Positions 12,010-23,895 of a stretch of DNA of 55,648 nt are shown piece by piece (positions within the stretch are counted from its first letter, which is position 1; every line of letters begins with the position of its first letter). The stretch is from Macrostomum lignano. Lineage: Eukaryota. The position numbers and the translations under genes are program-made. The stretch is taken from assembly GCA_002269645.1 (NCBI GenBank), contig NIVC01001538.1, positions 1-55,648 of the forward strand. The letters are read 5' to 3'. Below the pieces are notes generated by a model. The model was given only the letters and a program-made list of their open reading frames with translations, did no database searches and was not told the DNA's origin.

Positions 12010-15000
12010 AGCGCTAATTTGGGGATCCTGGCGCCGATTTGGTGATCCTGGCGCCAAATTTGACTTCCGGCGCCAATTTGAGCTTTCCCGCGCCGATTTG
12101 CGCTATCCTGCGCCGATTTGAGCTTTCTAGCGCTGGTTTAGGTTTTCTTGAGCTGATTTCAGCATTTCGGCGCTGATTCAGCGATCCTGGCGCCGATTTG
12201 ATGATCCTGGCGCCGATTCGGCGATCCTGGCGCCAAATTTGACTTTCGGCGCCAATTTGAGCTTTACCGCGCCAAGTTAAGCTTTCCAGCGCTGGTCCGG
12301 GCTTTATGGCGCTGATTTCAGCATTCCAACGCTGATTTGGCGATCCTCGCGCCGATTTAGTGATCCTGGCGCCAAATTTGACTTTCGGCGCCAAATTGAG
12401 CTTTCCCGCGCCGATTTGAGCTATCCTGCGCCGATTTGAGCTTTCTAGCGCTGATTTGAGCTTTCTAGCGCTGTTTTAGGTTTGCTTGAGCTGATTTCAG
12501 CATTCCGGCGCTGATTCAGCGATCCTGGCGCCGATTTGGTGATCCTGGCGCCAAATTTGACTTCCGGCGCCAATTTGAGCTTTCCCGCGCCTATTTGAGC
12601 TTTCCAGCGCTGGTCCGGGCTTTTTAGCGCTGATTTGGCGATACTGGCGCCGATTTGGTGATCCTGACGCCAAATTTGACTTCCGGCGCCAATTTGAGCT
12701 TTCACGCGCCAATTTTAGCTATCTTGCGCCGATTTGAGCTTTCCAACGCTGGTCCGGGCTTTTTGGCGCTGTTTTCAGCATTCCGGCTCTTATTCAGCGA
12801 TCCTGGCGCCGATTTGGTGATCCTGGCGCCAAATTTGACTTCCGGCGCCAATTTGAGCTTTCCCGCGCCGATTTGAGCTTTCCAACGCTGGTCCGGGATT
12901 TTTGGCGCTGTTTTCAGCATTCCGGCTCTTATTCAGCGATCCTGGCGCCGATTTGGTGATCCTGGCGCCAAATTTGACTTCCCGCGCCAATTTGAGCTAT
13001 CCTGCGCCGATTTGAGCTTTCTAGCGCTGGTCCGGGCTTTTTGGCGCTGATTTTAGCATTCCGGCGCCGATTTGGTGATCCTGGCGCCCAATTTGACTTT
13101 CGGCGCCAATTTGAGCTTTCCCGCGCCTATTTGAGCTATCCTGCGCCGATTTGAGCTTTCTAGCGCTGGTTTAGGTTTTCTTGAGCTGATTTCAGCATTC
13201 CGGCGCTGATTCAGCGATCCTGGGGCCGATTTGATGATCCTGGCGCCGATTCGGCGATCATGGCGCCAAATTTGACTTTTGGCGCCAATTTGAGCTTTCA
13301 CGCGCCAATTTTAGCTATCTTGCGCCGATTTGAGCTTTCCAACGCTGGTCCGGGCTTTTTGGCGCTGTTTTCAGCATTCCGGCTCTTATTCAGCGATCCT
13401 GGCGCCGATTTGGTGATCCTGGCGCCAAATTTGACTTCCAGCGCCAATTTGAGCTATCCTGCGCCGATTTGAGCTTTCTAGCGCTGGTCCGGGCTTTTTG
13501 GCGCTGATTTTAGCATTCCGGCGCTGATTCGGTGATCCTGGCGCCAAATTTGACTTCCGGCGCCAATTTGAGCTTTCCCGCGCCGATTTGAGCTTTCCAG
13601 CGCTGGTCCGGGCTTTTTAGCGCCAATTTGAGCTTTCCAGCGCTAGTTAAGGTCTTCTCAAGCTGATTTCAGCATTCCGGCGCTAATTCGGCGATCCTGG
13701 CGCCGATTTGGTGATCCTGGCGCCAAATTTGACTTCCAGCGCCAATTTGAGCTTTCCCGCGTCGATTTGCGCTATCCTGCGCTGATTTGAGCTTTCTAGC
13801 GCTGGTTTAGGTTTTCTTGAGCTGATTTCAGCATTCCGGCGCTGATTCAGCGATCCTGGCGCCGATTTGGTGATCCTAGCGCCAAATTTGACTTCCGGCG
13901 CCAATTTGAGCTTTCCCGCGCCGATTTGAGCTATCCTGCGCCGATTTGAGCTTTCTAGCGCTGGTTTAGGTTTTCTTGAGCTGATTTCAGCATTTCAGCG
14001 CTGATTCAGCGATCCTGGCGCCGATTTGATGATCCTGGCGCCGATTCGGCGATCCTGGCGCCAAATTTGACTTTTGGCGCCAATTTGAGCTTTACCGCAC
14101 CAAGTTAAGCTTTCCAGCGCTGGTCCAAGCTTTATGGCGCTGATTTCAGCATTCCAACGCTGATTTGGCGATCCTCGCGCCGATTTAGTGATCCTGGCGC
14201 CAAATTTGACTTTCGGCGCCAAATTGAGCTTTCCCGCGCCAATTTGAGCTATCTTGCGCCGATTTGAGCTTTCTAGCGCTGGTCCGGGCTTTTTGGCGCT
14301 GATTTTAGAATTCCGACGCTGATTCGGTGATCCTGGCGCCGACCGGCGCCAATTTGAGCTATCCTGCGCCAATTTGAGCTATCCTGCGCCAATTTGAGCT
14401 ATCCTGCGCCAATTTGAGCTATCCTGCGCCAATTTGAGCTATCCCGCGCCGATTTGAGCTTTCTAGCGCTGGTTTCAGCTCTCTAGCGCTGGTTTAGGTT
14501 TTCTCGAGCGGATTTCAGCATTCCGGCGCTGATTCGGCGATCCCTGGCGTAGATTTGGTGATCCTGGCTCCAAATTTGACTTCCGGCGCCAATTTGAGCT
14601 TTCCCGCGCCTATTTGAGCTATCTTGCGCCGATTTGAGCTTTCTAGCGCTGGTTTAGGTTTTCTTGAGCTGATTTCAGCATTCCGGCGCTGATTCAGCGA
14701 TCCTGGCGCTGATTTGATGATCCTGGCGCCGATTCGGCGATCCTGGCGCCAAATTTGACTTTCGGCGCCAATTTGAGCTTTCACGCGCCAATTTTAGCTA
14801 TCTTGCGCCGATTTGAGCTTTCCAACGCTGGATCCGGGCTTTTTGGCGCTGTTTTCAGCATTCCGGCTCTTATTCAGCGATCCTGGCGCCGATTTGGTGA
14901 TCCTGGCGCCAAATTTGACTTCCAGCGCCAATTTGAGCTATCCTGCGCCGATTTGACCTTTCTAGCGCTGGTCCGGGCTTTTTGGCGCTGATTTTAGCAT

Positions 15001-15325
15001 TCCGGCGCTGATTCGGTGATCCTGGCGCCAAATTTGACTTCCGGCGCCAATTTGAGCTATCCCGCGCCGATTTGAGCTTTCTAGCGCTGGTTTCAGCTCT
15101 CTAGCGCTGGTTTAGGTTTTCTCGAGCGGATTTCAGCATTCCGGCGCTGATTCGGCGATCCCTGGCGTAGATTTGGTGATCCTGGCGCCAAATTTGACTT
15201 CCGGCGCCAATTTGAGCTTTCCCGCGCCGATTTGAGCTTTCCAGCGCCGATTTGAGCTTTCCAGCGCCGATTTGAGCTTTCCAGCGCCGATTTGAGCTTT
15301 CCAGCGCCGATTTGAGCTTTCCGAG
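12010..15325. repeat. Complex GC-rich satellite of ~19-21 bp related monomers (ggcgcc-aatttga...) arranged in higher-order units
   Basis: Recurring monomers ggcgccgatttggtgatcct, ggcgccaaatttgacttcc, ggcgccaatttgagctttccc and agcgctggtccgggcttttt. The array ends in five pure 20 bp copies at ~15225-15320. Confidence 0.95.
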
Positions 15326-15514
15326 CGTTTTTGGGCTTTAAGGCATGGCTTCAGGGATCAGCGCAGATTTATATCTATTTGGCACTATAAAAATCAAAAG
15401 TGTCATTTTCGGACTTGTTATTGTTGATTGTTTTGTTATTGATTATTTTTCAATTAGGTATACTCCATCTAGATCACTGTTTGCTGAGAGTTCAGGATCT
15501 ACTAAATATCGTTA

Positions 15515-15992
15515 CTCAGCAACATTGAAAAGTCGCCACTCTATGCGCCAGAGAGTAATATATTATTAGTGAGTGAGTTAAAATATTATAAATAAAAGAT
15601 ATGATATAAACTAATCAAGGTAGCTTTAATCCAGTGGTTCTCAATCTATGGGTCGCGACCCCCAGTGGGGTTGCGTGACCATTTTCTGGGGGTCGCAGCA
15701 CGAAGAAATGTGTGAGTTGTCATACATAATAATGCATTACATGTATATTAATTTTAAAAGGGGTCGCGAACATTAAAAATGATGCAAGTGAATAAATTGG
15801 GGTCGCCTGAAAAAAGGTTGAGAACCGCTGCTTTAATCCGTTCAACCCTCGCACACCGCTCCCCCACTTCATTCCTCAACTCACGTCTGCCGCGTGGCGT
15901 TGCGTCACTCGCAAAGATTGAGAGACTTCACCTGCACTTTCAAAAGTGACGACCACAGACTTCTGTGATGGCGACTTTTCGATGTTGCTGAG
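15515..15992. mobile_element. Outer inverted-repeat element hosting the hAT MITE (putative older MITE)
   Basis: ctcagcaacattgaaaagtcgcca (15515-15538) and tggcgacttttcgatgttgctgag (15969-15992) are inverted repeats matching at 23 of 24 bases. Confidence 0.55.
15632..15830. mobile_element. hAT MITE (199 bp) of Charlie/SPIN-type terminal sequence
   Basis: TIRs cagtggttctcaa / ttgagaaccgctg. Perfect 8 bp TSD ctttaatc at 15624-15631 and 15831-15838. Confidence 0.92.
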
Positions 15993-16479
15993 ATTTACGA
16001 AGTTATTATAATTGAGTTATGATTTACTTTTACTACTTAATTGTGTAATGCCTTTGTCCTAATCTTTAACCCACTCGATGCACTGTTAGTGATGAGTTAT
16101 GTTGCCACACAGAATCGCCCATATCGCTTTTATCGCTTTTTATCACCTTCCTCCAGGCCATTCAGTCATGCTACTCTCGTCCTACCCTATAGGTAGTCTG
16201 TATCTCTACCTATTGTCCTATCTCGCGATCCTCTCCTTTACAGTATATCACTCTTCTGATCTTTCATCACCCTAACCTACAGGAGTAGGGGGGGAGGGGG
16301 GGAGATAGGGCGCATGAGGGCGGGAATCAGAGTTTTCGCAGACGGAAATCTTCCTAATGAAGTTTATTAAGCCTTTGAATAGGCCTTTAACCCCCCCCCC
16401 CAACTAAAACCGCACCTGCGTGTAATCCCACAAGGTGTAGTATATATAATGTATGAAACAATATTTGATGTTTAATGTT

Positions 16480-18210
16480 TGAATGTCTAAATGTTTGAAA
16501 GACTGCCAGAAATCATAGAACCTAGAAAAGCTCATTTTTAATCTCAATCCACGATTCTTAATTCCCTTTCCCAGAAGGGCATATGGCACCTTTTGCGAGA
16601 AACTTGAAAGACTGGGTCAGATATCATAATTCATAAGGCAGAGAGGAGCTTATGGCACCTTTTTCTAAACGTTTGAAAGACTGGATCATCTATCATAATT
16701 CATAAGGCAGAGAGGAGCTTGTTATGGCACCTTTTTCTAAATGTTTGAAAGACTGCCAGCTATCATAGAACCGTGAGAAGCTCATTTTTTAATTTCAATC
16801 CCCGATTCCGAATCCCTATCCCTTATTCCTCGTTTTGGAACCCGAATCCACGATTCCTAAATCCATATCCCTGATTCCTCATGTTGGAATCCGAATCCAC
16901 AATTTCTAATTCCATATCCCTGATTCCTCATTTTGGAACCCGAATCCACAATTTCTAATTCCATATCCCTGATTCCTCATGTTGGAATCTGAATCCACGA
17001 TTCCTAATTCCATATCCCTGATTCCTCATGTTGGAATCCGAATCCACGATTCCTAATTCCATATCCCTGATTCCTCATGTTGGAATCCGAATCCACAATT
17101 CCTAAATCCATATCCCTGATTCCTCATGTTGGAATCCGAATCCACGATTCCTAATTCAATATCCCTGATTCCTCATGTTGGAATCCGAATCCACGATTCT
17201 TAATTCCCTTTCCAGAAGGGCATATGGCACCTTTTGCAAGAAACTTGAAAGACTGGATCGTCTATCATAATTCATAAGGCAGAGAGGAGCTTATGGCACC
17301 TTTTTCTAAATGTTTGAAAGACTGCCAGCTATCATAGAACCGTGAGAAGCTCATTTTTTAATCTCAATCCCCGATTCCGAATCCCTATCCCCGATTCCTC
17401 ATTTTGGAATCCGAATCCACGATTCTTAATTCCATATCCCTGATTCCTCATGTTGGAATCTGAATCCACGATTCCTAATTCCATATCCCTGATTCCTCAT
17501 GTTGGAATCCGAATCCACGATTCCTAATTCCATATCCCTGATTCCTCATGTTGGAATCCGAATCCACGATTCTTAATTCCATATCCCTGATTCCTCATTT
17601 TGGAACCCGAATCCACAATTTCTAATTCCATATCCCCGATTCCTCATTTTGGAATCCGAATCCACGATTCTTAATTCCATATCCCTGATTCCTCATTTTG
17701 GAACCCGAATCCACAATTTCTAATTCCATATTCCGATTCCTCATTTTGGAATCCGAATCCACGATTTTTAGTTCCCTTTCCCAGAAAAGCATATGTCACC
17801 TTTTGCAAGAAACTTGAAAGACTGGGTCAGATATCATAATTCATAAGGCAGAGAGGAGCTTATGGCACCTTTTTCTAAATGTTTGAAAGACTGCCAGCTA
17901 TCATAGAACGGTGAGAAGCTCATTTTTTTATCTCAATCCCCGATTCCGAATCCCTATCCCTGATTCCTCGTTTTGGAACCTGAATCCACAATTCCTAAAT
18001 CCATATCCCTGATTCCTCATGTTGGAATCCGAATCCACAATTCCTAAATCCATATCCCTGATTCCTCATGTTGGAATCTGAATCCACGATTCTTAATTCC
18101 ATATCCCTGATTCCTCATTTCGGAATCCGAATCCACGATTTCTAAATTTATATCCCTGGTTCCTCATGTTGGAATCCGAATCCACGATTTCTAATTACTT
18201 ATCCCTGATA
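16480..18210. repeat. 49 bp minisatellite embedded in ~570 bp higher-order repeat units
   Basis: The unit ttcctcatgttggaatccgaatccacgattcctaattccatatccctga has period 49. A spacer block (gactgccagctatcatagaaccgtgagaagctcatt...) recurs at ~16500, 16750, 17320 and 17890. Confidence 0.92.
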
Positions 18211-18514
18211 AGATGCACTTGTTTATATCCCTCAGAGGGGAATGGTGAGGGGAAGCTTCTGACGTTCTAGTTTCTTTAGCTATACAAGTAAATATAGATG
18301 TAGTCTTCGCATAAATATTTATGGCACCTTTTATCGAAAGGTTTGAAAGCCTTTAATCGGTTTTTGGTAGAAGAAAATGACAAGTCAAAGTGGCTGTCAA
18401 ACCATAAACTCAAGCCAGACTTGTCCACAAACGTGTCCGCAAAATTCGGCAAAAAGCCTTGGGACTGCGCCTGTATGTGTATTCTAATATCAAAACACAG
18501 CTAATAAAAGCAAA

Positions 18515-19310
18515 AAAAGAAGCGTCATGTATAAATGAAAGAAGCGTCATGCAAACAATCATAGAAGCGTCATGTAAACGATCATAGAAGCGTCATGTCA
18601 ACAATCATGGAAGCGTCATGTAAAAAAGCATAGAAGCGTCCGGTAAAAAATCATACAAGCATAATGTAATAAATCATAGAAGCGTCCTGTAAACAATCAT
18701 ATAGGCGTCATGTAAAAAAATCATAGAAGCGTCATGTAAAAAATCATAGAAGCGTCATGTAAAAATCATAGAAGCGTCATGTAAACAATCATAGAAGCGT
18801 CATGTAAAAAATCATAGAAGCGTCATGTAAACAATCATAGAAGCGTCATGTAAACAATCATAGAAGCGTCATGTAAAAATCATAGAAGCGTCATGTAAAC
18901 AATCATAGAAGCGTCATGTAAAAAATCATAGAAGCGTCATGTAAAAGTCATAGAAGCATCATGTAAAAAATCATACAAGCGTCATGTAAAAAATCATAGA
19001 AGCGTCATGTAAAAATCATAGAAGCGTCATGTAAAAATCATAGAAGCGTCATGTAAACAATCATAGAAGCGTCATGTAAAAAATCATAGAAGCGTCATGT
19101 AAACAATCATATAAGCGTCATGTAAACAATCATAGAAGCGTCATGTAAACAATCATAAAAGCGTCCGGTAAAAATAACAGAGGCGTCATGTAGAAAAGAA
19201 AATGAGCTTTATGTAAAAATGAAAAAAGTAAAAAAATGTAAAAAAATAGAAGCATTACGTAAAAATCAATAAGCATCATGTAAAAAGAAGCGTCATGTCA
19301 AAAAGTAGCG
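18515..19310. repeat. ~22 bp minisatellite (tcatagaagcgtcatgtaaaaaa)
   Basis: About 30 tandem copies, degenerating at both ends. Confidence 0.93.
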
Positions 19311-19686
19311 TCATTTCAAAATAAAAAAAGAGTCACGTGAAACTGTGCTGTGACTCTTGAGGAGAATTACTAAGATGTTAAGGCTCACGGGGAATAACTG
19401 AGATGTACTCGTAAATGCTTATGAGGGATTTTTGAGATGTCTAGGTAAAATTCAGAAGCTACATGTAGTTTATTCACTTTTTTATTACATTCTTTGTTAG
19501 TTCCCCACGAGGGGCGCTAATAGAAGAAGCGTCATTTTAAACAGATGAAAGTAGATATAAAAGAAGAGTCATGTCGAAGTTAGGAGATTCATTTGGGAAT
19601 CGCTACGATGTCAAGGCTTGGAGGAATTGCTATAATGCTGTAATGTTATAATGACTCTTGGGGAGAATTACTAAAATGGCAATGCT

Positions 19687-19716
19687 TTAGGGTTAGGGTT
19701 AGGGTTAGGGTTAGGG
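19687..19716 (+). repeat. Interstitial telomeric repeat (TTAGGG)5
   Basis: Five perfect TTAGGG units. Confidence 0.85.
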
Positions 19717-20136
19717 TTGACAGATTTTTTAAGATTTCAAGGCTTATGGGGGTCATCGCTCAGATTTCAAGGGGGGGGGTTTGATATGTTAAGACTTGTG
19801 GGGGAGGAATTGCTGAGATGTCAACGCTTACAAGCGATTGCTGAGGTTATTGCAAAGAGACACTACAATCTACATGTAGTTTATTAAAAAAACTCGTACT
19901 GCATTTTTTGGCTCCCCAAGGGGGGGCGCTGATTGCTAGTTAAATTCTGAAAATATGAACCACGAAAAGACAGGAGCAGTTGAAACTGAAAAATAACAAA
20001 ACTTAGTTCGTATCATATCGGCCATCGGGTGTTTCATAGTCTAAATCTGGGATAAAAGTAATCAAACTGGTTTTAAATAAACATTCATCTGCTTCTCATT
20101 TTCTATTAATGTTGCTATGGTGACCAAAGTATCCAG

Positions 20137-20328
20137 GCGATATCCAAGTGCAGGTTTGTGGTGCCCCTATGACATCGCAGCGGCCAGGCCATAGGCGTTG
20201 TACATCCTGGGCTCCAGGTCCGGCTGGACAAAGAATGCCGGCAGCCGAGTGGCCAGGCGGCAATCTCGCCCTCTGCACTCCGGCAACGGCAGAGCGCGCT
20301 AGAAGCCCTCGTAGCGATCGGGCAGAAT
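20137..20328 (-). pseudogene. KDM3: Isolated, disabled exon of a KDM3/JMJD1-family JmjC histone demethylase
   Basis: After a ccag acceptor the sequence reads [43 protein letters not shown]....GTTNLHLDIA (stop plus frameshifts). This matches the KDM3 signature PLPEY..R.G.LNLASRLP..FVRPDLGPKMYNAYG...GTTNLHLD. Confidence 0.8.
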
Positions 20329-20747
20329 CTGGATGAGAGTGCAAAATGTGTTTTTGACTGGTTAGTTTCGTTGCTTCGATACATGTCGGCTGTTTTGTGA
20401 TATTAATTTACAGTTTCTAAGGTTGTAACTTGTTTCATCAATGATTTAACGGCCCAGCCTTGCTTGCGTCAAAAACTCTAGAATTTTAGCAAAGTAAATC
20501 AGTATGTCGATTACTAGCCAAGGTAAATTCTAGTACCTAGGAAGAAGTACCTAGGTATCCAGGTAATAAAAGTTCCTAGGGAGCGCTGGGAGGAGTGGCG
20601 CTCCCACCAGACCCCTAAATCCGCGCCCCTGGCTACAGCTGTTGCGAAATATTTTAAAAGTGTCATTTTTAGTCAGTTCAGTATACTTCAGTATTTCTGT
20701 TTTACTGAACTTTTATACTTCGCAATTCAATTTACGAGGGGTGTTAA

Positions 20748-20810
20748 TTCAGAAGTACAATTCAGAAGTACAATTCAGAAGTACAATTCAGAAGTACAAT
20801 TCAGAATTTA
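20748..20810. repeat. 13 bp tandem repeat (ttcagaagtacaa) x4
   Basis: Read directly. Confidence 0.85.
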
Positions 20811-22454
20811 CGATACAGTTGTAATCAGATAAGGATTTATGGATTCCGACTGGGGCTATTTGTTTTAGACGAGTCAATTATGGATGGAATGTGCTCATCT
20901 GTTGTGGTAGGATGCAATGACTCACTAGGCGGCGCCGCCAAGCATCAGAACGTGGCCGCCGGCCGGCCATCGTTGCGGAACGCCATCTTAGCGGACAAAA
21001 TCAGCGATGGCCTCGTTCAGCAGGGGAGGTGAACAGCGTCCCGAGTAGCCAAACCACGGCTAGCCAGCCATGAGGTCTGCTGGCAGCGGATTCTGTCACC
21101 TGCGGGTTGATTGCGGCGGATTGCGACTTCAGTGCAACCTGAGCAACTGTAAATTAAAATCACAAAACAGCCGATATGTATCGAAGGGCGATATTTTTTC
21201 AGACAGGGTATCAGAGTATCGCTTTTAACCGATACTTTTTCTGAGTATCGTGCCCAACACTGGGTAATTATTATCCCTTTTTAATTGTTTCTTTTCTACC
21301 ATTTTTGTTTTATTTTCAAAGTTTTATCTTAAATACGAGCGGGTCCGAAAGATCAGTTTGCTCTAGTGTAAACAGAATTCCAAACAATATTATCGCTTTG
21401 CTTAAAATGCTAACATTCAGTATCTATTTCTACTCCAGCATAAGATCAATTTATTTGACTACTTTACTCTTTATTTGACTTCCTAAACTAGAAAAGGAAA
21501 TAAGATCATACAGCAACCACAATTCAAGTATTTCAGGGCCAATGAAGTGCCAAAGGGGCGCCAGATTGCCAGAATTTAACGAACGTGAGATTTTGAATAT
21601 CCGCGTGAATTTAAATTTTGTTCAAATTCCTAATTTTTTAACTTTGTGCGGAAATTCAAAATTTATTTTTCCGCCTTTTTTGACAATATTTACAAACGGA
21701 TTCAGTATACGAGTATTCTGAAAATAAAGATAACTGCTAAAGGACAAGTCCAATCTATAGAAATTAGAAAACTGGGACTCAGCGATTCTGCGAATTAGGA
21801 AATTAGCCTGTCTGTCAATTTTAGAATATCTCGCTTAGTACCTTACTTTGCTAAGTTTGTTTTTTTAAATCTTTTACGTTTGAAACGAAATGGATGGCTA
21901 GTCGTCCTCACTTCTTGCGCCTGTACTATTTTTCTTTGACCATATTTCCACCTTTAAGGTTTTGGAAGAATATAAGATTCCTAGCATATTGCAATTATAA
22001 GCTAGACATAAAAGAAAATACAATGAGTACAATGCAAATTAAGAACCAACGTTTGCTTACCTTTGGAATAAAGAAATAACGAAAGCCTTACGAGCGTATT
22101 AAGAATAAATCTCAAGATCTTAAAGATTCAACTGAGTCAAATAGTTTGATAAATGATATGTATTAAAAAGTAGAAACTATACGTTGAATGAAACGCGTTT
22201 CTTTAAAGAATACAATTCCTTGCAGCTTAAAACGAAATGCGTTCTAGGAGTTTTTTAATTTTGGGAGAGTTGGGAAAGACAAAGAGCCGTCTTCATCCAG
22301 CATACATTAATATACGAGAAATGAGTCACGGATGTGCAGTGTTTTCAGCTAGCTTCATTGCTAGTACAGTGCTTGAAATAAGTACGCTAGTACGCTAGTG
22401 CGCACTGGCGTTCCACACTCACCCAACACCCACCCCACCTCTCCCTCTCCGCTC

Positions 22455-22551
22455 GTGGGCTGGCCCCCGCTAAGGGAGCCCATCCCACCGTGGGCTGGGT
22501 CCCGTTAACGGGCTATTTTTAGCGTGGGATGGGCTCCGCTAGCGGCGGGCC
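22455..22551. repeat. ~95 bp hairpin-forming dispersed repeat, copy 2 (inverted relative to copy 1)
   Basis: aacgggctatttttagcgtgggatgggctcc is the reverse complement of the core at ~11660-11690. Confidence 0.75.
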
Positions 22552-23389
22552 GTTAGGTGTTGTGAATGGTCATTTTCTTTCCTGCAGGGCGGATGGGGGG
22601 GGGCTCAAGTCCCGTTCTAGCCACACTGCAGTCCAGAGTACGCACTCACTCCAGGTACACCCCTAAACCAAGGCCGAGGGCCAAAAAACTAATTGGAATG
22701 CACGAAATAAGAAGGGCTATTTTTAGCTGTGTACATTAACTCCGGTGAGGACACTTTTGGATTGGCCTAGCGAGAGCTAGGCCAATTGGATTGTGCACAA
22801 CCCGAGAAAGCCGCCTTAGAGGCAGCCAGGGTAAAAACAGTCAGAGACCTAAAAATGTAAACTAAACATATTTTAGTTTACAACGTCCTAAAAGATCTAA
22901 ATGGCTCTTAGGCTGACAAAAATAAACGATGCAGATTCAAGTTTACCTAATTTTATTGACTTTTAATTGACTTTAATTGACCCTAATTGACTTTTAATTC
23001 TAATTGAACTTTTTGAAACTTTATATTCTGTTAAAATGTTTTCGTTCAATTTTAACAAAACTGCAATTCAATTTCGAAAACTGGTCATTCGATTTTTAGA
23101 CCCCAGAAAAAATTAATTTTCTATTAAACTTCACAAAAACAAAGTTAAACTAAAAAAATAATAAAATTACGTGTGTCTACACTTAAGAAATCAAAATTTG
23201 AGGTGTCTTGACACTGTATTGCTGTAATATTGCTCACAATGATCCCTACCGATGAAAGAATACAGTACGTGGTTCGCTCACCCTTCCATTGTCCGTTGTC
23301 AAGGGTTACTCAGAGTTTGTAATATTAATCCTAGTAAAATTAGTTGATGATTAATTGATCAAAATATTGAGGAACGAGCAAAATTTTTA

Positions 23390-23895
23390 CCAACCTTCAG
23401 CCTTCGCTGTCCAAGTGTAAAATATGAACTAGTTGGTAAACTTGAACACTCGGGAGCAGATCGTCCACATTCAACATGTTGGTGCTGAAGCCGATAGCCG
23501 ATTCAACTACGTCAATGGACTGGGTCAGGTTGCCAGTGCTGCCACTCCAGTCCACAGCCAGACAGTACCCAATTGGTATTCAAGCGACACTTGAGGTGAA
23601 AAATGAGCGGAGTTGGGAGCCAGGTAGTTCCATTCCAGAATCTGCATCCCCATGGTCTTGAAGGTGTCACAGTCGGCGATCTCTACCAGACAGTGGTAGC
23701 CGGGCCTTCTGTTTCATGTGAATAACAGTTGAGAAGGTGGTCTGGACTTTGTTCAGATCCAGCAAAGGAACGGACCACAGCCTGGACGCGTTGCTGCCAT
23801 GCGGTTTCGCTCCCTCGCCAGTCCAGGTGACCCCTTCCGACTTGTGCGTTTCCTCACCGACGCTTTTGCAAGCCAAGTCCAGAATGTCCATTCGA
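23390..23895 (-). pseudogene. Coding-like segment of unknown family, broken by frameshifts
   Basis: MDILDLACKSVGEETHKSEGVTWTGEGAKPHGSNASRLWSVPLLDLNKVQTTFSTVIHMKQK, then in other frames PGYHCLVEIADCDTFKTMGMQILEWNYLAPNSAHF and IGYCLAVDWSGSTGNLTQSIDVVESAIGFSTNMLNVDDLLPSVQVYQLVHILHLDSEG*. GC content is higher than the flanks. Confidence 0.4.

Noticed and set aside
12014-14991. Many repetitive ORFs (APEVKFGARITKSAPGS...)
   Set aside because: These are satellite translations in multiple frames, with frequent frame breaks and no unique domain.
19500-19935. Two ccccac/aag..ggggcgct motifs resembling a CTCF site or a Helitron 3' hairpin
   Set aside because: The match is short and part of a local degenerate duplication, with no supporting termini.
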